The notes beneath the pieces were generated by a model. That model saw nothing but the letters and a program-made list of their open reading frames with translations, did no database searches and was not told the origin of the DNA. Positions 63,224 through 64,000 of a DNA stretch of 64,000 nt are shown here, in pieces. The stretch comes from Octopus vulgaris (Eukaryota), in the NCBI GenBank assembly GCA_951406725.2, contig OX597814.1, forward strand, positions 992,001-1,056,000, in the 5' to 3' direction. Position 1 is the first letter of the stretch, and every line of letters begins with the position of its first letter. The translations under genes and the position numbers were made by a program.

Positions 63224-63701
63224 TGCCTTTGCACAGCTTCTATCGCTGGAGATATACTACGGTGTCAGCTGTTCCAGAGTATTCGAGCAGTTCCAAGCAG
63301 TGCTGTTTTCTGCAAGTGCTCCACCCTTATTGCAGCCCCTATTTGTCCCAAGTACTTCATGAGATTTTTGCTCACTGTTCCCAGGTCTCCGACAATTATT
63401 GGTACTACTGCTACCTTTTTCATTGACCACAACCGCTTAACTTCCCAAGCTAACCTGTCATATCTATCGACTTTTCTTTCTTCCTTATCGCATACCTTGT
63501 TGTCAGCTGGGCATGCTATATCTATGATCCAGCATAGTTTGTTTTCTTTCTCAATTAAGACTATGTCTGGCTTCCTAGTCTCTATCTCATAGTCGCACTG
63601 AATCATAAAATCCCCTAGGATCTTTGCATTTCTATTTTCGACGATGCCTTCAGGTTTGTGGTTGTACCAATTTTTACCTTTGTCAAGTCCATACTTGTTG
63701 C
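63224..63701 (-). mobile_element. 5'-truncated R4/Dong-like non-LTR retrotransposon (restriction-like endonuclease domain)
   Basis: Open frame 63701-63265: WYNHKPE..KILGDF..RKPDIVLI..IIDIACP..KVDRYDRLAWEVKRLW..VVPIIVGDLG..LQKTALLGTARIL; (TAA)n on both sides. Confidence 0.85.
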
Positions 63702-63828
63702 AATATTATTATTATTATTCAGGTCACTGCTTGGAATCAAACTCGGAATCTTGGGGTTAGTAGCCTACGCTCTTAACCACTATGCTATATGCCCATGGAA
63801 TGAGAACCCAGGTTTGAAATTTCCCCAA

Positions 63829-63874
63829 GACACCTGATGAAGGCTGGAGGGTATATCAGCCGAAATGTTGTGTT
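63829..63874 (+). ncRNA. Minimal hammerhead motif with a C-to-T change in helix III
   Basis: GACAC-CTGATGA-A-GGCTG..CAGCC-GAAAT-GTT-GTGTT; the partner at 63104-63149 (-) has lost G12. Confidence 0.6.
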
Positions 63875-64000
63875 AACAACAAACAAGATGAGGACAAATA
63901 TCCGTAAAATGTAAATAACGTAAATTGCAATGGTGTCGGATTCTAATCTCTCCCCCTACCTTTATCCTTTGCCACTTTCCCTCCCTCTCTTTCTCTCTGC

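Larger units (their letters stand above)
63019..63925 (-). mobile_element. Second copy of the tRNA-headed hammerhead SINE-like element with inverted 5' copy
   Basis: Head 63794-63718, (TAA)n spacer with a LINE insertion, body 63200-63019 and inverted body copy 63797-63925. Confidence 0.8.

Overview
This is repeat-saturated, AT-rich animal genomic DNA. The SINE, LINE and microsatellite landscape suggests an octopus or other coleoid cephalopod, which is an inference from repeat types. No host protein-coding gene can be identified with confidence, and most ORFs in the track are microsatellite or repeat artefacts. Mobile elements include a 5'-truncated 3.2 kb RTE LINE (APE-RT, YADD, four in-frame stops, no frameshift) with many 3'-end copies, and RTEX-like and Expander-like fragments. 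There are also two R4/Dong-like fragments at (TAA)n tracts, a mariner remnant, piggyBac- and hAT-type MITEs, Helitron/Helentron-like elements and at least three tRNA-derived SINE families. The most striking signal is a set of type I hammerhead ribozyme (HHR) motifs from about five unrelated small elements, mostly in or beside (TA)n or (TAA)n tracts. One is a tRNA-headed SINE carrying a minimal HHR plus an inverted 5' duplicate (two copies), and another is a highly structured ~250 nt retrozyme-like unit. Also notable are a duplicated 107 bp element with minus-strand-specific base-pair covariation, several long fold-back hairpins and a satellite born from a SINE. All calls were made by eye with no database searches, and boundaries of degraded repeats are approximate.
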